A DNA stretch of 64,000 bases from assembly GCF_009914755.1 (NCBI RefSeq), contig NC_060928.1. One strand, written 5' to 3'. Source of the DNA: the human T2T-CHM13v2.0 reference genome, Homo sapiens. A program made the translations under genes and the position numbers. The first letter of the stretch is position 1. Each line of letters opens with the position of its first letter. The notes below the pieces were generated by a model. That model was not told where the DNA came from. It ran no database searches and saw only the letters and a list, made by a program, of their open reading frames with translations. Positions 37,498-52,951 of the stretch are shown here, piece by piece.

Positions 37498-40350
37498 TTC
37501 TGCTTAGAGTAAGAATAACAAACACTGCCTGAAATTTATTATGCAGAGAAAAGCTCTTAGTTGTGATCTCTAGTTTATTCTCATATGACTTATGTTATTA
37601 CATATACAATAAAAAGGTTGCATTGTAATGTATCCTATGGGATTTTCTGAAAGTCCATATCCTATTTGATTTTTGAACATCAAATGTATGCAATTTTATT
37701 AAGTCTAGTTGAAATACTCAAAAAGAATGTACTTCATAGTAACAACTGCATGTGAAAAACTATATTTTATTTGTAAATGGTTTTATTAGCAAACATAAGC
37801 TTGTTCATATTCTAGGAAAATTATTTCAGAAAAATTTCTGAACACTTAAATTATGTTTTATCATTCAGATATTCATTGAATCTAACACTTGAATCTATTT
37901 ACTATTTATAAAATAGAATGTCACTGTTACAAAATATTTAGAAATGTGCCTATTACCTGCATCAGCATGGTTGTTTGTATCTACATCAGGGCATTGATTT
38001 AGATAAACTAAAAGTAATCTGAATGTGATTTCAATTTGGAAGAAACAACAAGAGGTATAATATGAAGCTTAGAGGTTATAGTTCTTGAGGCAGAGAAAGT
38101 GCATACTGTTGACAGAAACATAACATGGGAATGTGAAGGCAGAGATTAAACAGGAACATGACACGAGCTTTGCTTAGTATGTGTAAACTGATAAAATACA
38201 GATGTGTGCCCCCTCCAAAAAGCAAATTAGGTATGGATACAAAATATGCATACATAACATATAATTCTCAAAGGAGGTGGAAATACACATGTGTAATTCA
38301 CATTTCTGTCAAAACATATTAAGAATAGCACCACTGCTGCTGGTAGAGTTTCCACAGGTCTCAGCAGCCTATGGGGCACTATTAACAGTAATAACTTACA
38401 TTCCTCTGGCCCTTTTCTTCACTAGCTTATGTGAAACATCGTCCTCCCTTCTGCTCCCTGTTTTTTCTACCTAAATATTTTGAATTTTCTAGACTGTCTC
38501 ACATGTGGAGCAAGTACACAGAGTGGCCTCCTTTGCCTGAGACTGCCACTTCTGGTGGGTGCTGTCACTCTGTGCACTCACTGGGAAGTGAGTTCACTGG
38601 GAATTGCCCTCTGAAGTCTCTGCGGTCGCGGTCTCCTGGACATGCTATTTCTTTCACTGAACAGCACCTCATTCATGGTCTCCCAGACAGCAACCCAGGT
38701 GCATGAGAAATAGCCATAAGCTCTTCTTAGGTGGAACAAAATAGGAGAGTGCTTTATTAATTCTTCAGCATGGGAGTATGTTTAAAAACTATCAAAACTT
38801 TGTAATTTGGTGCTGAGATGTAGCATTTTGTTGACACAATTTTCTCTTTTTGCTGACAGTCTTCCCTTTCCCTTGGATTTAGAGGAGAGAGGCTCAAATG
38901 ACTGATCTATTCCAACATATTTTCTCTACTTTGTGACAACCAAGGCTTTATTATTCAGACAACTTTCTTTTCTGCCTGGGGCCTTCTTCCCTTCCAATGA
39001 CTTTTCTTAGGAAAGCCTCAAATCTCTATGCATGTGGGCTTTGCATAGACTGCCCCACCAACTCACCAGACACTGCTGAAAAAAAAAGGCAAAGCTAAGA
39101 CTTAAGCTAAAATCTATGTATATTCACAACATGTACCACCTTTAATATAAGACCTGTCACAAGGCACTAAAACTTTTAAAAAGCAGAGGAATATTTTTAA
39201 AATGGTGAGTAAGCCTCATTGGTCTGAACCTGAAAATACAGTAACCAAATATAAAGTAGATCTAGGTAGTGCTCAGAAAACATTTAATCCAATCAGATGA
39301 AAACACAAATTTCCTTTTCTCTACATTTGGGAGGAGTTAATATCTATGAAGAGTTTCTGGGATATATTGAGCATAACTATGTCTGAAAGAGGAAGTAACA
39401 ATTTCTAAACTTAGTTTTACTTCACCTAAACTAGAGATGTCCTGTTTTGTAATCATCTTGCATTCTGCAGGTATCTGTGGACAAATTCCCAGGATGTCTT
39501 TGTAGTGAAGGAATTTTGTGGAATACAATTTCTATCTGTGAAGTACTTCTGCAATCATGATTTCCACCTCACAATATTATTAGAAAATGTTCTATTCATT
39601 TAAATTGAATACAAATCTCTTATAAATTAATTCAAAAATCAAGATAAAAAATTGGAACTAATATTACCTCTCTATTCTTGTAGGAGGAGAATATGTTCTG
39701 AAAATAATTGAAACATTGATTAGCTGTTTAATTTTATTTTTTGACATATGAAATTAGGGTGTAGTTTATGACTTAAAATTTGTCACATTTGTGGAGAAAT
39801 AAAGTTTATCTTTGATATTCCCAAGTTCAACACCATATTATTTATATTAGAGGAACTTAAAACCATACTTTGTTATTTTGTTGCTTTCCTTTTAAATAGA
39901 TTATTTTTAGCAGTTTACTAATGTGTTATTTTTTAACGTGCTTTATTCACAAGTCAGTCAGGAAACTATTATTCAACCTAAATTATAATTACATTGTTTA
40001 AACGATTATTGAAAACTAACAGAATATGTGTTTTACACTCATATTTTATAATACTCTATATTATATAATTTGTTCATTTAAATTATAGTTATGTTATTTA
40101 AACTTTGAAAACTAATAGGATATATTTTTCCTACTCATATTTTATATTTTAAAATACTATACATTTTATAACTTATTTAATTATATTCTAAAGCTTTAAA
40201 AAATGAATATTTAATTAATATAGATAGTGGAATGGAAGAATCTTAAAAGTAAGTCCTGTCCTCATCTCTCCATTCTATAACAGATAAGTACCTAAGGGTT
40301 AGTGAAATCCCTTTGTCACTTTGCCTAATTTCAATATTAAATAATTCTAT

Positions 40351-40759
<409 letters not shown>

Positions 40760-42583
40760 CTATGAAACAAGTAAGGATAATGGGAAGGTTAAATATATCA
40801 CATACATGTATGCATTCCATAAGGCATTTTTTGTGTGTGTGCGTGTGTGGTTTCAAATTGAAACTAAATTTATTTGACAAATATTTGAGCACCTACTCTG
40901 GGCCATACCCCGCACTGTTGCTGGTGACTTACAGGAGTGAATTCTAGCCAAGGGACTTTATATCTCAAAACTGGATGGTGTCATGGGGAGTGTCTTTTCT
41001 TCCCAACTTCTAGAAAATGGGGCAATAAAAACAACAGGAACCAAATTTACTTGCATTCAACTCTCATTTTCTGAGCATCTTTAGGATGCAAAGCATTTAT
41101 TCAGCACTCTAGGATTAAATACAAGTCAAATAATATATTATCACTTCCCTCACAGATACTGCAAACTACTTAGGAAGGCCAACGTTTAGACAGAACATTA
41201 TACATGGCATACGACTTGAGGCCTTCAGCACCAGATTAAGTTGAGCCAAAACTCCTGGGTAAAAGCCATCTGTGGATGCTCTTTGGGCTAATCTTTTGAC
41301 TTCCTTTTGTTAAGAGTTTTATTTTCTATTTAAAATTGCTCCTCCTTAAGTCTTGATGAGGACTGCATAGGAGAGGGGCCCAAGTAAAGGACATGGACTT
41401 TACAAGAAGCATTATCAAGTGGCATGGGTTTGGTTGCAAGAAACAGAAACTGTATACGTAATTGAAAGTCCAGAGTTAAAGAAAAAGTCAAATGCCGTTT
41501 GCACAGGACTACAGCACAGTCTTGGCAGTTGTATTCATCCCACCTTCCTCTGTGTGTTACCTTCATCCTCAAGCTAGACATCATGGATGTCAACTACTCC
41601 TCCCGTAAGGTACTTTTTTATCCAGTACGATTTATGATCTAATATAACTTGCTACTTCCTTCTCTCATGACTTCAAAAAATAAGGAGAAATGTTATTTTT
41701 ATACATTTTTCCATAAATAATATATTATTTCATTCAATATTTATTCAGGAATTAAATCCATGTTCGATGTTAGTTCCCTTTTACTTTAAGCCTCTGCATT
41801 GTGTTATTATCAGCCCAGTCTTGATCATTGTTAAAGTAGACCTTATTCCAGAGCAGAGCTATGAAAGGTAAGTAGGTAGACAGGCACAAAGTCATTGCAA
41901 ATGACTAACATCTCCAACAGGTTGCTATGAAATTTAGCTAACAAGAAAGTTTGGTGAAATTAAGAAATATAGTACCAGACATATATTTTCATATCTATCG
42001 ATCTTTAATTAAATCTATAGTAATTTCTTCTTTGACGGCATATTTTTAAAAACGAACACAGTTTCAGAAGTCAAACATTTTTATTTTAAGCAAATTAGAT
42101 GTGGGAGAAAGAATATACTGAAATGAGAACAAAAACAAACAATTCAGCCAATGAACTTGGAATCGTCACTGAAATAACTATGTATTCATTTCTGAATGTT
42201 GAGACTTCACCTGAGATTTGCTGATAATCTTTCCTTATTGTTCTTTTAATATCTGCCTTCTTGCATCTATTGTTTCTGAAGAGAAGTCAGCTATTAATCT
42301 TTCTGAGTTTCACTTTTATGTGAAAAAATCATGAATAAATCCTTTTAATCATTTCAAAATTTTCTTTTTCTTTTACATGTGATAGTTTTATTTCAGTGTG
42401 TCTAGAACAAAATTTTTTGAGTTTCGTTAATTGAGGTTTTTAGATGTATATATAATTATCAAATTTAAGATATTTTGGGCTATTATTTTTTAAAATATAT
42501 TATCTTTTCCATTTTCTCTCTCCTCTCCTTCTGTGATTGTAATGATAAGAAACTCAGCTTGATGATGTTCCATAAGTCTCTGA

Positions 42584-42982
<399 letters not shown>

Positions 42983-43299
42983 TGATTTTTTCTTTCACCT
43001 CAAATCTTCTACAATCACCTCTAGAGAATTTTTAATTAAAGTTATTATATTTTTTCACACCACCAGAATTGCTATTTGGTTCTTTCCTTTTTATTTTTTT
43101 CTTTTTTTTTTAACTGTCTCTTTTGTTATATTTTCTATTGATGAAGCATTGTCAAACATTCCGCTAATTTTCAAAACATAGTTTATTTTAGTTCTTTGAA
43201 CATATTTATAAGAAGTGTTTTGAAGTCTCTGTTTACTAAATCTAATAACCATGTATTCTCAGAGATTCTTTCAATTTACTGTGTTTGTGTTTATCGTTG

Positions 43300-43591
43300 T
43301 TGTTTGTTGTTTTTGGAGATAGGGTCTCATTCTATCGCTCAGGCTGGAGTACAGTGGCATGATCATAGCTCACTGTGGCCTTGAACTTCCAAGCTAATGT
43401 GATCCTCCTTCCTCAGCCTCCGAAGTAGGCACATGACACCATGTTTGGCTAATTTTTTTTATTTTTATTTTTTTGTAGAGACACAGGTCTCACTATGTTG
43501 CCCAGGCTGGTCTCCAAATTCATGCCTCAAATGAACCTTCCACTTTGGTCTTCCACAGTGCTGGGATTACAGGTGTGAGCCACCACCTGGC
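43300..43591 (-). mobile_element. AluJ with small internal deletions
   Basis: 'gatcatagctcactgtggccttgaacttcc' and 'ggtctcactatgttgcccaggctggtctc'. Confidence 0.9.
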
Positions 43592-44666
43592 CTTGATTAA
43601 CTGTTTTTTTGTTTTTGTTTATTCCTGTGTATGGCCCTATTCTCTTATACATGTCTTATTCTTGTTTGTTCTTGTTGACAGCGGCAGTTTAGATAACATA
43701 CTGTAACAACACTAGGTTCTGAATTCTTCTTACATAAGTTGTTATTTATTTTTTATTTTTTATTTGTTTATTTAATGACTCGCCAGAACCAATTTTGCAG
43801 AAAGCTATTTCTTCCACAGTGCATAATCATTAATGACTCTGCTCAGTTTTGTTTAATTATCTTTATTTTTTTCACACTAGCGTTCGTGGCTGGCCAGTGG
43901 GTCAACATAGCATATTGGCTAGCCAATGATTGGTCAGAGATTGAACCTAAGCACCTAAAGCTAGTAAGGCTTAGAACTGCAGCATGCATTTATAGTGCAA
44001 GCAGTTTGTAAGTTGGCCCCAGCTTTTACTTTGTACTTGTGCAGTTTCATGTTCAGCCAGCGGTTAGTATATAGCTGAGACAATTTCTAATCTCTCCTAA
44101 ATAATGCACAACTGCTTGCATGCATGAATCCTTCCAGATCACCAGGAATATGTGAAAGCTTTATCAACACCCCCATGACCATTTTGTTCTCTAGATATTC
44201 CTGTTAGATTTTTAATTGATCAACCAAATTCAGGCGCTAGCTGTGATGTTGTCCTTCCACAATTGCAACTGAGATCGTTATTTGTTTCCGAAATAACTCT
44301 GGGCATGGGGCTTTTCCTTAGAACTCAGTCTCTGAGAAGTCAGCCTTCTCTAGTGTATTGAGGCTGCTGGTATTCACAGTTACTTCCATGGAGCTGGTAT
44401 GTGTTAGATATCTCTTCCTCTGTACAAGATTTTGTAGTTTTTCTTGAATAAATGGTTTTTAATTTGTTACGTACCTCTAATTAATTTCTAGAGTTCCAAG
44501 GGGGCGGTTTTTGATTACGTTGTCCAGTTTTCATCATTGCTGTTTGGTGAGAGGATTTGCTTATTCATCATTCTACCATAGGCACACTACCTATCACAAC
44601 TTACTTTCAAGTAATAGACAACTTTATATATATATATAAAAAAATATACGATATGATATATATTAT

Positions 44667-44728
44667 ATATATTATACACTACGTTGATATATTCATATTA
44701 TGATATATCAACATAGTATATAATATAT
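44667..44728. repeat. AT-rich near-perfect inverted repeat (palindrome)
   Basis: Arms 44667-44697 and 44699-44728 pair with 2 mismatches and a 1-nt bulge. Confidence 0.9.
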
Positions 44729-45753
44729 GATATGCATATATGTTGATCATGAAACTGCACTTGCCAGAACCAATATTTTATATATATATATACACACACA
44801 TATAACACCTTTGTTCCTTGTTTAAATCTCTTTTAAACATTGTTTTATATTAGAATATTTTGTAGTTGAATTGTGTGAATTTTACACAAGGCACTATGAT
44901 TAACATTGCAAGCACATTTTTCTGCTTTGTTGATTGCTTGTTATATCTCTCATCTATACATGTGTATGTGTGCGTGTGTGTGTGTGTGTATTTGTGGAGA
45001 GAGAGAGTGAGATAGGTGTTTTGAACTTTAATAATCAAATATATAGTGACTTTTCAATGGTTATTTAATTTTGTGAGAGGTCTTTCTACATTGATACCAG
45101 CAATATGTCTAACTCAAAATGTCCTATTTTTATCACAACTTTAAAAATATTAAATATATTATCTTTCTGGATTATCTTTGGATGTACAATGTGCAGTAGA
45201 ATAGTATTTTATTATTAAATGCTTATTCAATGGTGTCTCCATCATTTCTTAATAATTTGCACATATACTTTGATATAAAGTGACATTGTTTTTGTATAAT
45301 GAATATATTTAGTAGTGGGATTCTTTTTCTTTTACATTAAATTCATATAATTTTGTAGTCTTTTAAGATATACTATCACTTTTTGCTATTTATTTTAAAA
45401 ATTCTCATTTTAAAGAGCTTAGAAAAATATAAAAAAATCAGAAATTTATTTAATAATTTATCAATATCATACTATACTGTAACTTTCTTCAGTGACAATC
45501 TGATTTAATATATTCTTATATCTATAAATATAAAAAGGTATAAATTTAATAGTTGCACAGCATTACATTGAAGAGTTGGAATTATTCAACTATTTGCTTC
45601 TGTTAAAAATTTAAGGTTTTTTCAAAGCCTTATTTATACAAATATCAATTTAATCAATATTGTTTTATTAAAAATGTGATTTAAATATTTGTTTAATTAT
45701 TGCCTGGTCCATTTAGCTGAATTGTCTCCTTAATTCTAACATGTTTTACCTGA

Positions 45754-46157
45754 TGTGTTAGGCTGTTCTTGCATTGCTATAAGGAAATACCTGAGGCCGG
45801 GTAATTTGTAAAGAAAAGAGGTTTAATTGACTCCTGTTTCTGCAGGCTATACAAGCATGGTGCTGGCATTTGCTTGGCTTCTGGGAAAGCCTCAAGGAGA
45901 TTTTACTCACAGCAGAAGGCAAAGCAGAAGCAAGCATATCACATTGTAAGAGTACCAGCAAGAAAAAGAGGGAGGAGTTGCCACACACTTTTAAACAACC
46001 AGTTCTCCAGAGAACTAATTGCCTATTGCAAGGATAGCACCAAGCCATGAGGAATCCATCCTCATGATCCAGTCATCTCCCACCAAGCCCCATCTCCATC
46101 ACTAGTAATCACATTCTAATATGAGATTTAGAGGGCACAAATATCCAAACTATATCA
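45754..46157 (-). mobile_element. MSTB-like MaLR solo LTR
   Basis: 'tgtgttaggctgttcttgcattgctataaggaaatacctgag...atatccaaactatatca'; TSD cctga/catga. Confidence 0.9.
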
Positions 46158-46999
46158 CATGACTTTTGGGAATTTTATCTATTGGAAATAATATCTATAA
46201 ACATTAATATTGGACTATTTTTCATTCTAATACTTATATTTTATTTCCTATTACAGTGGTATCAAGGTGGCTAAAATGCCCAAAACAATATAGAGTGATA
46301 ATGGTTAAACAAGTATACTTGTTAAGTGTCTAAGTTAATAGAAATAATGAGATGTTATTTGCTTAATTATTAGAGGATTACAGTTTTGTGCTTAAATTTC
46401 TGTATATATAATGAACATGTGTTTCTATTCCCAAGTCAAATAGCATTTTTATTAAGGATGTTGTGTTTTTTAAAGGTTATTCTCTGTAGTTATAACAACT
46501 TCTCTCTCTCTCTCCCTGTCTTTCTTACTCTTAAATATGATGATACAATTTAAATAATGGAATTATTTATATGCAAACATATTAGGTCACTTTGCACGTA
46601 TCATTCAATTTAAGAGTAAGTTTTGCCTAGGGGAATTTGCTTATATATGTGTTTTTGTGTACATGCCTCTGTGTGGAATAGTGTTAGTGTGTGAATTATA
46701 TTTCTGAAGTTTAGTACTAGTAACTGCTAAAATGTTAGCTATATGAGTCTGAATACAATATAAGATGTTTTTTGTACTCTTTAACAATATTTCTACCTCT
46801 TCAAAACTGATTTGTCCTGATATTTTTGGAAGCTTTCTTCTAATTTATTTTCCTATTACTTACATGAGAGGTTATCTATACTTTCGTGAGTCTATTTTTC
46901 TTAGATATACTTATACAAGCATGTATTTTGAAATTTTCTAATTTCATAGCATTAAATTGTATCTTATATTCTTTTACCATTTTTAAAAATCTAACATTT

Positions 47000-49900
47000 T
47001 TTCTATATTTTATTGTACTAAATAAATATAACATAAACTTAACATTTTAACCATTTTAAATGTATAATTCAGTAGCATTAAATACATTCATAATATTGTG
47101 CAACCATCACCATGCATAGGCATAACACTTTCCATCTTTTAAAATGTAACTCTCTATCTATTAAACAGTAATTCCCCATATCTACCCCTGACCCCTCAGG
47201 CCCTTGAAACCATCATTTTTTTTCTGTTTTTATAATTTTGCCTAGTCTAATTAGTTCATATGAATGAAATCACACAATAATTGTCTTTTTGTGACTGGCT
47301 TATTTCACTTAGCTAAAGGTTCATCCATCTTTTAATAAGCATTAGAATTTCTGTCCTTCAGTAAGGCTCAGTAATATTCCATTGTATGTATATACCACTT
47401 TTTGCTTATCCATTTTTCCCTCAGTGGACATTTAGGTTGCTTCTACATTTTAGCTGTTGTGAATAATGCTGTTATAAACATAAATGTGCAAATATCTCTT
47501 TTAGACACTATATTCAGTTGTTTTGGGAGTATACCCAGTAGTGAAAATGCTAGAGCATATGGTAATTCTATTTTCAATTTCTTCAGTAACTACCATATTG
47601 TTTTTCAGAGCAACTGTACCATTTTGCACACCTATGAAGAGTTAACAAGAGTTTCTCTTTTTCTACATTCTAATCAAAGTTTGTTCTTTTCTTTTCTTTT
47701 TTTTAATTATCTAAAAGGGCATGAGGGCATGAGGTTGTATCATGTAGTTTTGATTTGCATTTTCCTAGTGATTAGTGATGTTGAACATGTTTATATGTGC
47801 TTTTTGTCTATTTGCTTATCTTCTTTGAAGAAATGTCTATTTAAGTCCTTTGTACATTTTTGAATTAGGTTCTTTGTTATTTTTGTTGTTGTTGTTAAAT
47901 TTTAGAAGTTCTTTATATAGTTTAGGTATAAATCCCTTATCAGATACATAATTCACAAATATTTTCTCCCATTTGTGGGCTGCGTTTTTACACTGCTGAT
48001 AGTAACTTTTGATGTATAATTTTTTTTAAATTTTCTTGAAGTCCTATTTGTCTATTTTTTGTTTTCTTACCTGTGCCTTGGTGTCATAGCTAATAAATTT
48101 CTACCAAGTTCAATGTGAAGATTTTGCCCTGCTTCATTCTAAGAGTTTTATAATTTTAGGTCTTATATTCAGATCTTTGATCCTTTTTGAGCTAATTTTT
48201 GAATATATTGAGGTCCAACTTTATTGTTCAGTATGTGTATATCTAATTTTTTCAGCATCATTTATTGAAAGACTGTCCTTTCCATATCGAATTTCCTTGG
48301 AACTTTTAATCAAAAACCATTTGATCATATACATGAGGGTTCCTTTCTGGGCTCTGTATTCTATTCCATTGGTCTATATGTCTGCCTTTATGCCAGTTCT
48401 GTACTGACTGTTTTGATTATAGGAGTTTTGTAGTCACTCTTAAAAATCAGCAAATATCTTTCAGCGATATTCTCCTTTACTCAAGATTGTTTTGGCTATT
48501 AAGGGTCCTTAGAGATCACATACATTTTAAGATGTTTTTCTCCTTTTTACAAAAAGAAAAGTCAGTGGAATTTTGATAGGGATTGCATTGAAACTGTAGA
48601 TGTTTTGGGTAGTATTGATATCTTAACAATATTACATCTTTGAACACAGGATGCATTACCATTTAGTTATGTCTTTTAAATTTATTTCAGCAATGTTTTT
48701 AGTTTAAATTGTACAAGTCTTTCACCTCTTGGTTAAGCTAATTTCTAGTTTTCATATTCTTTTGATGCCATTATAAATGGAATTATTTAAATAATTTTCT
48801 TTTCATATGGGTCATTGTAATATAATATATAAAATGTAGCCAGTTTGTGTGTTGTCTCTGTATTATGCTGCTTTGCTCAATTTATTTATTATTTTTAAGA
48901 GTTTTTGTGGAATAATTAGGCTTTCTACATAAAAGATCATGTCAAATGTGAGTAAAGATAATTTTACTTCGTTTTCAATTCAGATGCCTTCCATTTATTT
49001 ATCTTGCTGAAATGCTCTGGCTAGAACTTCTAGCACCAGATTAAATAGAAATGGTGAAAGTAGGCATCTTTACCTTTCCTGATCTTAGAAGGAAAGCTTT
49101 CAGTCATTCACTGTTGACTCTAACGTTTGCTTTGGGTTTTTCATATGTGGCTTGATTTTTATTATGCTGAGGTATGTTTCTTATATTTTACTCAACTCGT
49201 TTTTGGAGTATTTTTATAATAAAAGGGTGTTGAATTTGTCAAATGCTTTTTCTCAAACAATTTAGATGATCATGCTGTTTTTTAAAAAAATGTATTGATA
49301 TAGGGTATTGTATTGATTTATTATTGTATGCTGAACCATTATTGCATTCCAAAATCAAATCCCACTTAAACATGGAGCATAATGTTTTTGATATGCTGCT
49401 GAATTCAATTTGCTACTATTATGCTAAGATTTTTTGCATCAATATTCATAAAGAATATTGGCCTGTAGTTTTTTTCTTGCAGTGTCTCTGCATGGCTTTT
49501 TTAATCAGAGTAATGCTGGCCTAATAGAGTGAATTAGGAAGTGCTCCCTTCTATTCAGTTATTTGGAAAAGTTTGAAAAGTGTTGGTATTAATTCTTCTT
49601 TAAATTCTTCATAGAATTCACCAGTGCAGCCATCAGGTACAGGGCTTCTCGTCGTAAAGAAATTTTTGATTACTGACTTGTCTCCTTGCTAGTTATAGGT
49701 CTATTTATATTTTAAATTTCTTTATGATTTAGTCTTGGTAGATTTTTGTGTATCTAGAAATTTGTACAATTCATCTAAGCTATCTAATTTTTTGGATCAG
49801 TTCTCTCTTAAAATGCTCTTCAGTTTTTTTGGAATTGGTAGTACTGTTCCCATTTTCATTTCTGACCTCAGTAATCTGAGTAAATTTCTTTCACATTACT

Positions 49901-50445
49901 TTTTGTGTATATTCTCTAGATATTTTCTTTCTGTTTACCATGAGATTACATTTTACATCTTCAAGTTATAACACTATAAATCTACCAGTTGAACTTGAAA
50001 ACATACAAAACTCTGGTTCTTTAAAACTCCATCCCCACATCTTTTGATTGTTGTTGTGACAAAATTAAGTCTTTATACATTATGTTCCCCAAAATATAAA
50101 CTCTTTAGTAAAAAAGCATTAGTCTCTTAAATTAAGTAGAAAAGGAAGTGTGGAGTTACACCCTAAAGTTACAATAATACAAGCTTTTATACAAATATTT
50201 TTAAAAAATGTTTTAGTATCTTAAATCATCTAGAAAACAAAAACTTGAGTTGCAAACCATGGTTACAATATTAGCTTTTATAATTTCCCATGTATACCAT
50301 AATTGAGATATTTATTTCCTCATACAACTTTGAATTATTGTCTAGTATTCGTTTATTTTCTCCTCCAGGACTCCCTTGAGCATTTCATGTAGGGCAGGCC
50401 TGTGGGAAACAAAGTCCTTCAGCTTTTGTTTATCTGGGAAAGTTT
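47000..50445 (-). mobile_element. L1MB-age L1 (3'UTR, degenerate ORF2, inter-ORF and ORF1 3' end)
   Basis: L1MB-type 3' end 'aaccattttaaatgtataattcagtagcattaaatacattcataatattgtgcaaccatcacca'; antisense ORF2 sequence continues to ~49870. Confidence 0.85.
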
Positions 50446-52951
50446 CACAGTCTGTGTCTTTTAATTGGGGCATTTAGCCCACTTACATTTAAGGCTAATA
50501 TTGCTATGTGTGAATTTGATACTGTCATCATGATGCTAGCTGGTTATTTTGCACACCAGTTGATGCAGTGTCTTCACAGTGTTACTGGTCTTTATATTTT
50601 GGTGTGTTTTTGCAGTGGCTGGTACCAGGTTTTCTTTTCCATATTTAGTGCTTCCTTCAGGAGCTCTTGCAAGGCAGGCCTGGTGGTGACAAAATCCCTC
50701 ATCATTTGCTTGTGTGGAAAGGATTTTATTTCTCCTTCCCTTATGAAACTTAGTATGGCTGGATATGAAATTCTGGGTTGAAAATTCTTTTATTTAAGAA
50801 TGTTGAATATTGACCCTCACTCTCTTCTGGCTTATGGAGTTTCTGCTGAGAGATCTGCTGTTAGTCTGATGGGCTTCCCTTTGTAGGTGACCTTTCTCTC
50901 TGGCTGCCCTTAGTATTTTATCCTTAATTTTACCTTGGAGAATCTGATGATTATGTGTCTTGGGGTTGCTCTTCTCTCTGATTATCTTAGCGATGTTTTC
51001 TGTATTTCCTGAATATGAATGTTGGCTTGTCTTGCTAGGTTGGGGAATTTCTTCCAGATAATATCCTGAGGTGGGTTTTCCAACTTGGTTCCATGCTCCC
51101 TATCGCTTACAAGTACTCCACTAAATCATAGGTTCAGTCTTTTTATATAGTCCCACATTCCTCAGACATTTTATTTGTTCCTTTTCATTCTTTATTCTCT
51201 CATCTTGTCTGCATGCCTCATTTCAGCAAGATGGTCTTCAAATTCTGACATCCTTTCTTCTGCTTGATCGATTTGGCTATTGATACTTGTGTATGTTTGA
51301 CAAAGTTCTAGTGCTGTGTTTTTCAGCTCCATCCGATCATTTATGTTCCTCTCTAAACAGGTTATTCTAGTTAGCAACTCCTGTAACCTTTTATCAAGGT
51401 TCTTAGCTTCTTTGCATTGGGTTAGAACACGCTCCTTTAGCTCAGTGGAGTTTGTTAATACCCATCTTCCAAAGCCTGCTTCTGTCAATTTGTTCATCTC
51501 ATCCTCCATTCAGTTCTGTGCCCTTGCTGGAAAAGTAATGTGATCATTTGGAGAAGAAGCATTCTGGCTTTTGGAATTTTCAGTGTTTTTGCATTGGTTT
51601 TCCTCATCTTCATGGATTTATCTACCCGTTGATCTTTGAGGCTGTTGTTGATCTTTGGGTGGGGATTTGTGGGTGGGGGGGGTTGTCTTTTTTGTTGTTG
51701 GTGGTGGTGTTGTTGCTTTTGGTTTGTTAGTTTTTCTTCTAACAGTAAGGCCCCTCTTCTGAAGGTCTGCTGCAGTTTGCTGAGGGTCCACACCAGACCC
51801 TGTTCACCTGGGTATCACCAGGTGAACTGCAGAGGCTGCAGAACAGCAAAGATTTCTGCCTGCTCCTTCCCCTAAAAGCTTCGTCCCAGAGGGGCACTGG
51901 CCTGATGTCAGCTGTATGAGGTGTCTGTCGACCCCTGTTGGGAGGTCTCTCCCAGTCAGGAGGCACCGGGTCAGATACCTGCTTGAGGAGGCAGTCAGTC
52001 CCTTAGCAGAGCTGGTGCTCTGTGCTGGGAGAATCCCCCTCGTCAGGATCAGCCACTCTCTTCAGAAATGGCAAGCAGCAAAGATTAAATCCGTTGAACC
52101 TGAAACCGCAGCTGTCCCTACCCCCAGGTGCTCTGACCCAGGGAGATGAGAGTTCTGTCTGTAAGCCCCTGACTGGAACTGCTGGATTTCCTGCAGAGAT
52201 GCCTTGCCCAATGAGGAAGAATCTAGAGAAGCAGTCTGGCCACAGCCGCTTTGCTACGCTTTGGTGAATTCTGCCGAGTCCAAACCTCCCAGTCTCCTTG
52301 GCACTGTCAGGGGAAAATTGCCTACCAAAGCCACAGTAATGGTGGTTGCCACTTTCTCCACCAAACTCAGTCATCCAAGCCAGACTCCAGACTGCTCTGC
52401 TGGCAGTGAGAATTTCAAGCCAGTCGTTCTTAGCTTGCTTGGCTTTATGGGAGTGGGACCTGCCAGTAAGACCACTTGGCTTCCTGGCTTCAGCGGCCTT
52501 TCTAAAGGACAGGATGTTTTTCCTGTCTCACTGGAGTTCCAGACGCTGCTGGAGTTTATATATAAACAGCTGCAGCTCAGTGCCTGCCCAAACAGCTGCC
52601 TTGTTTTGTGATTGAAACCCGGAGCCCTGGTGGTATAGGCTCAGGAGGTAATCTCCTGATCGGCAAATTGAAAAAACAAATTGTGGGAAAAGCATAGTAC
52701 CCCTCAGGAGTAGCAGTGCCTCACGGCTTCCCTTGGCTGGGGGAGGGAGATCCCCCGGCTCAGTGCACTTCCCACGTGAAGTGATGCCCTACCCTGCTTC
52801 TGCTCCCTGAGTTGCACCCACTGCCTAAGCAGTCCCAGTGAGATGAACTGAGTACCTCAGTTAGAAATGCAGGAATCACTGGTTTTCTGCGTTGGTTTTG
52901 CTGGGAGATCCAGACCAGAGCTGTTTCTACTCTGCCATCTTGGCCCCTCCC
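50446..52951 (-). mobile_element. L1PA7/8-like 5' segment (5'UTR + ORF1 + ORF2 start), 3' part missing
   Basis: Minus strand begins 'gggaggggccaagatggc' (YY1 site). ORF 51192-51509 'ELKERVLTQCKEAKNLDKRLQELLTRITCLERNINDRMELKNTA' is the ORF1p coiled coil. Confidence 0.9.

Noticed and set aside
47402-47863. 153-aa hydrophobic ORF
   Set aside because: Antisense reading of L1 ORF2/3' region; the hydrophobicity reflects T-richness.
50110-50290. Diverged ~95-bp tandem duplication
   Set aside because: Lies in the old L1 inter-ORF region and is probably part of the family consensus.
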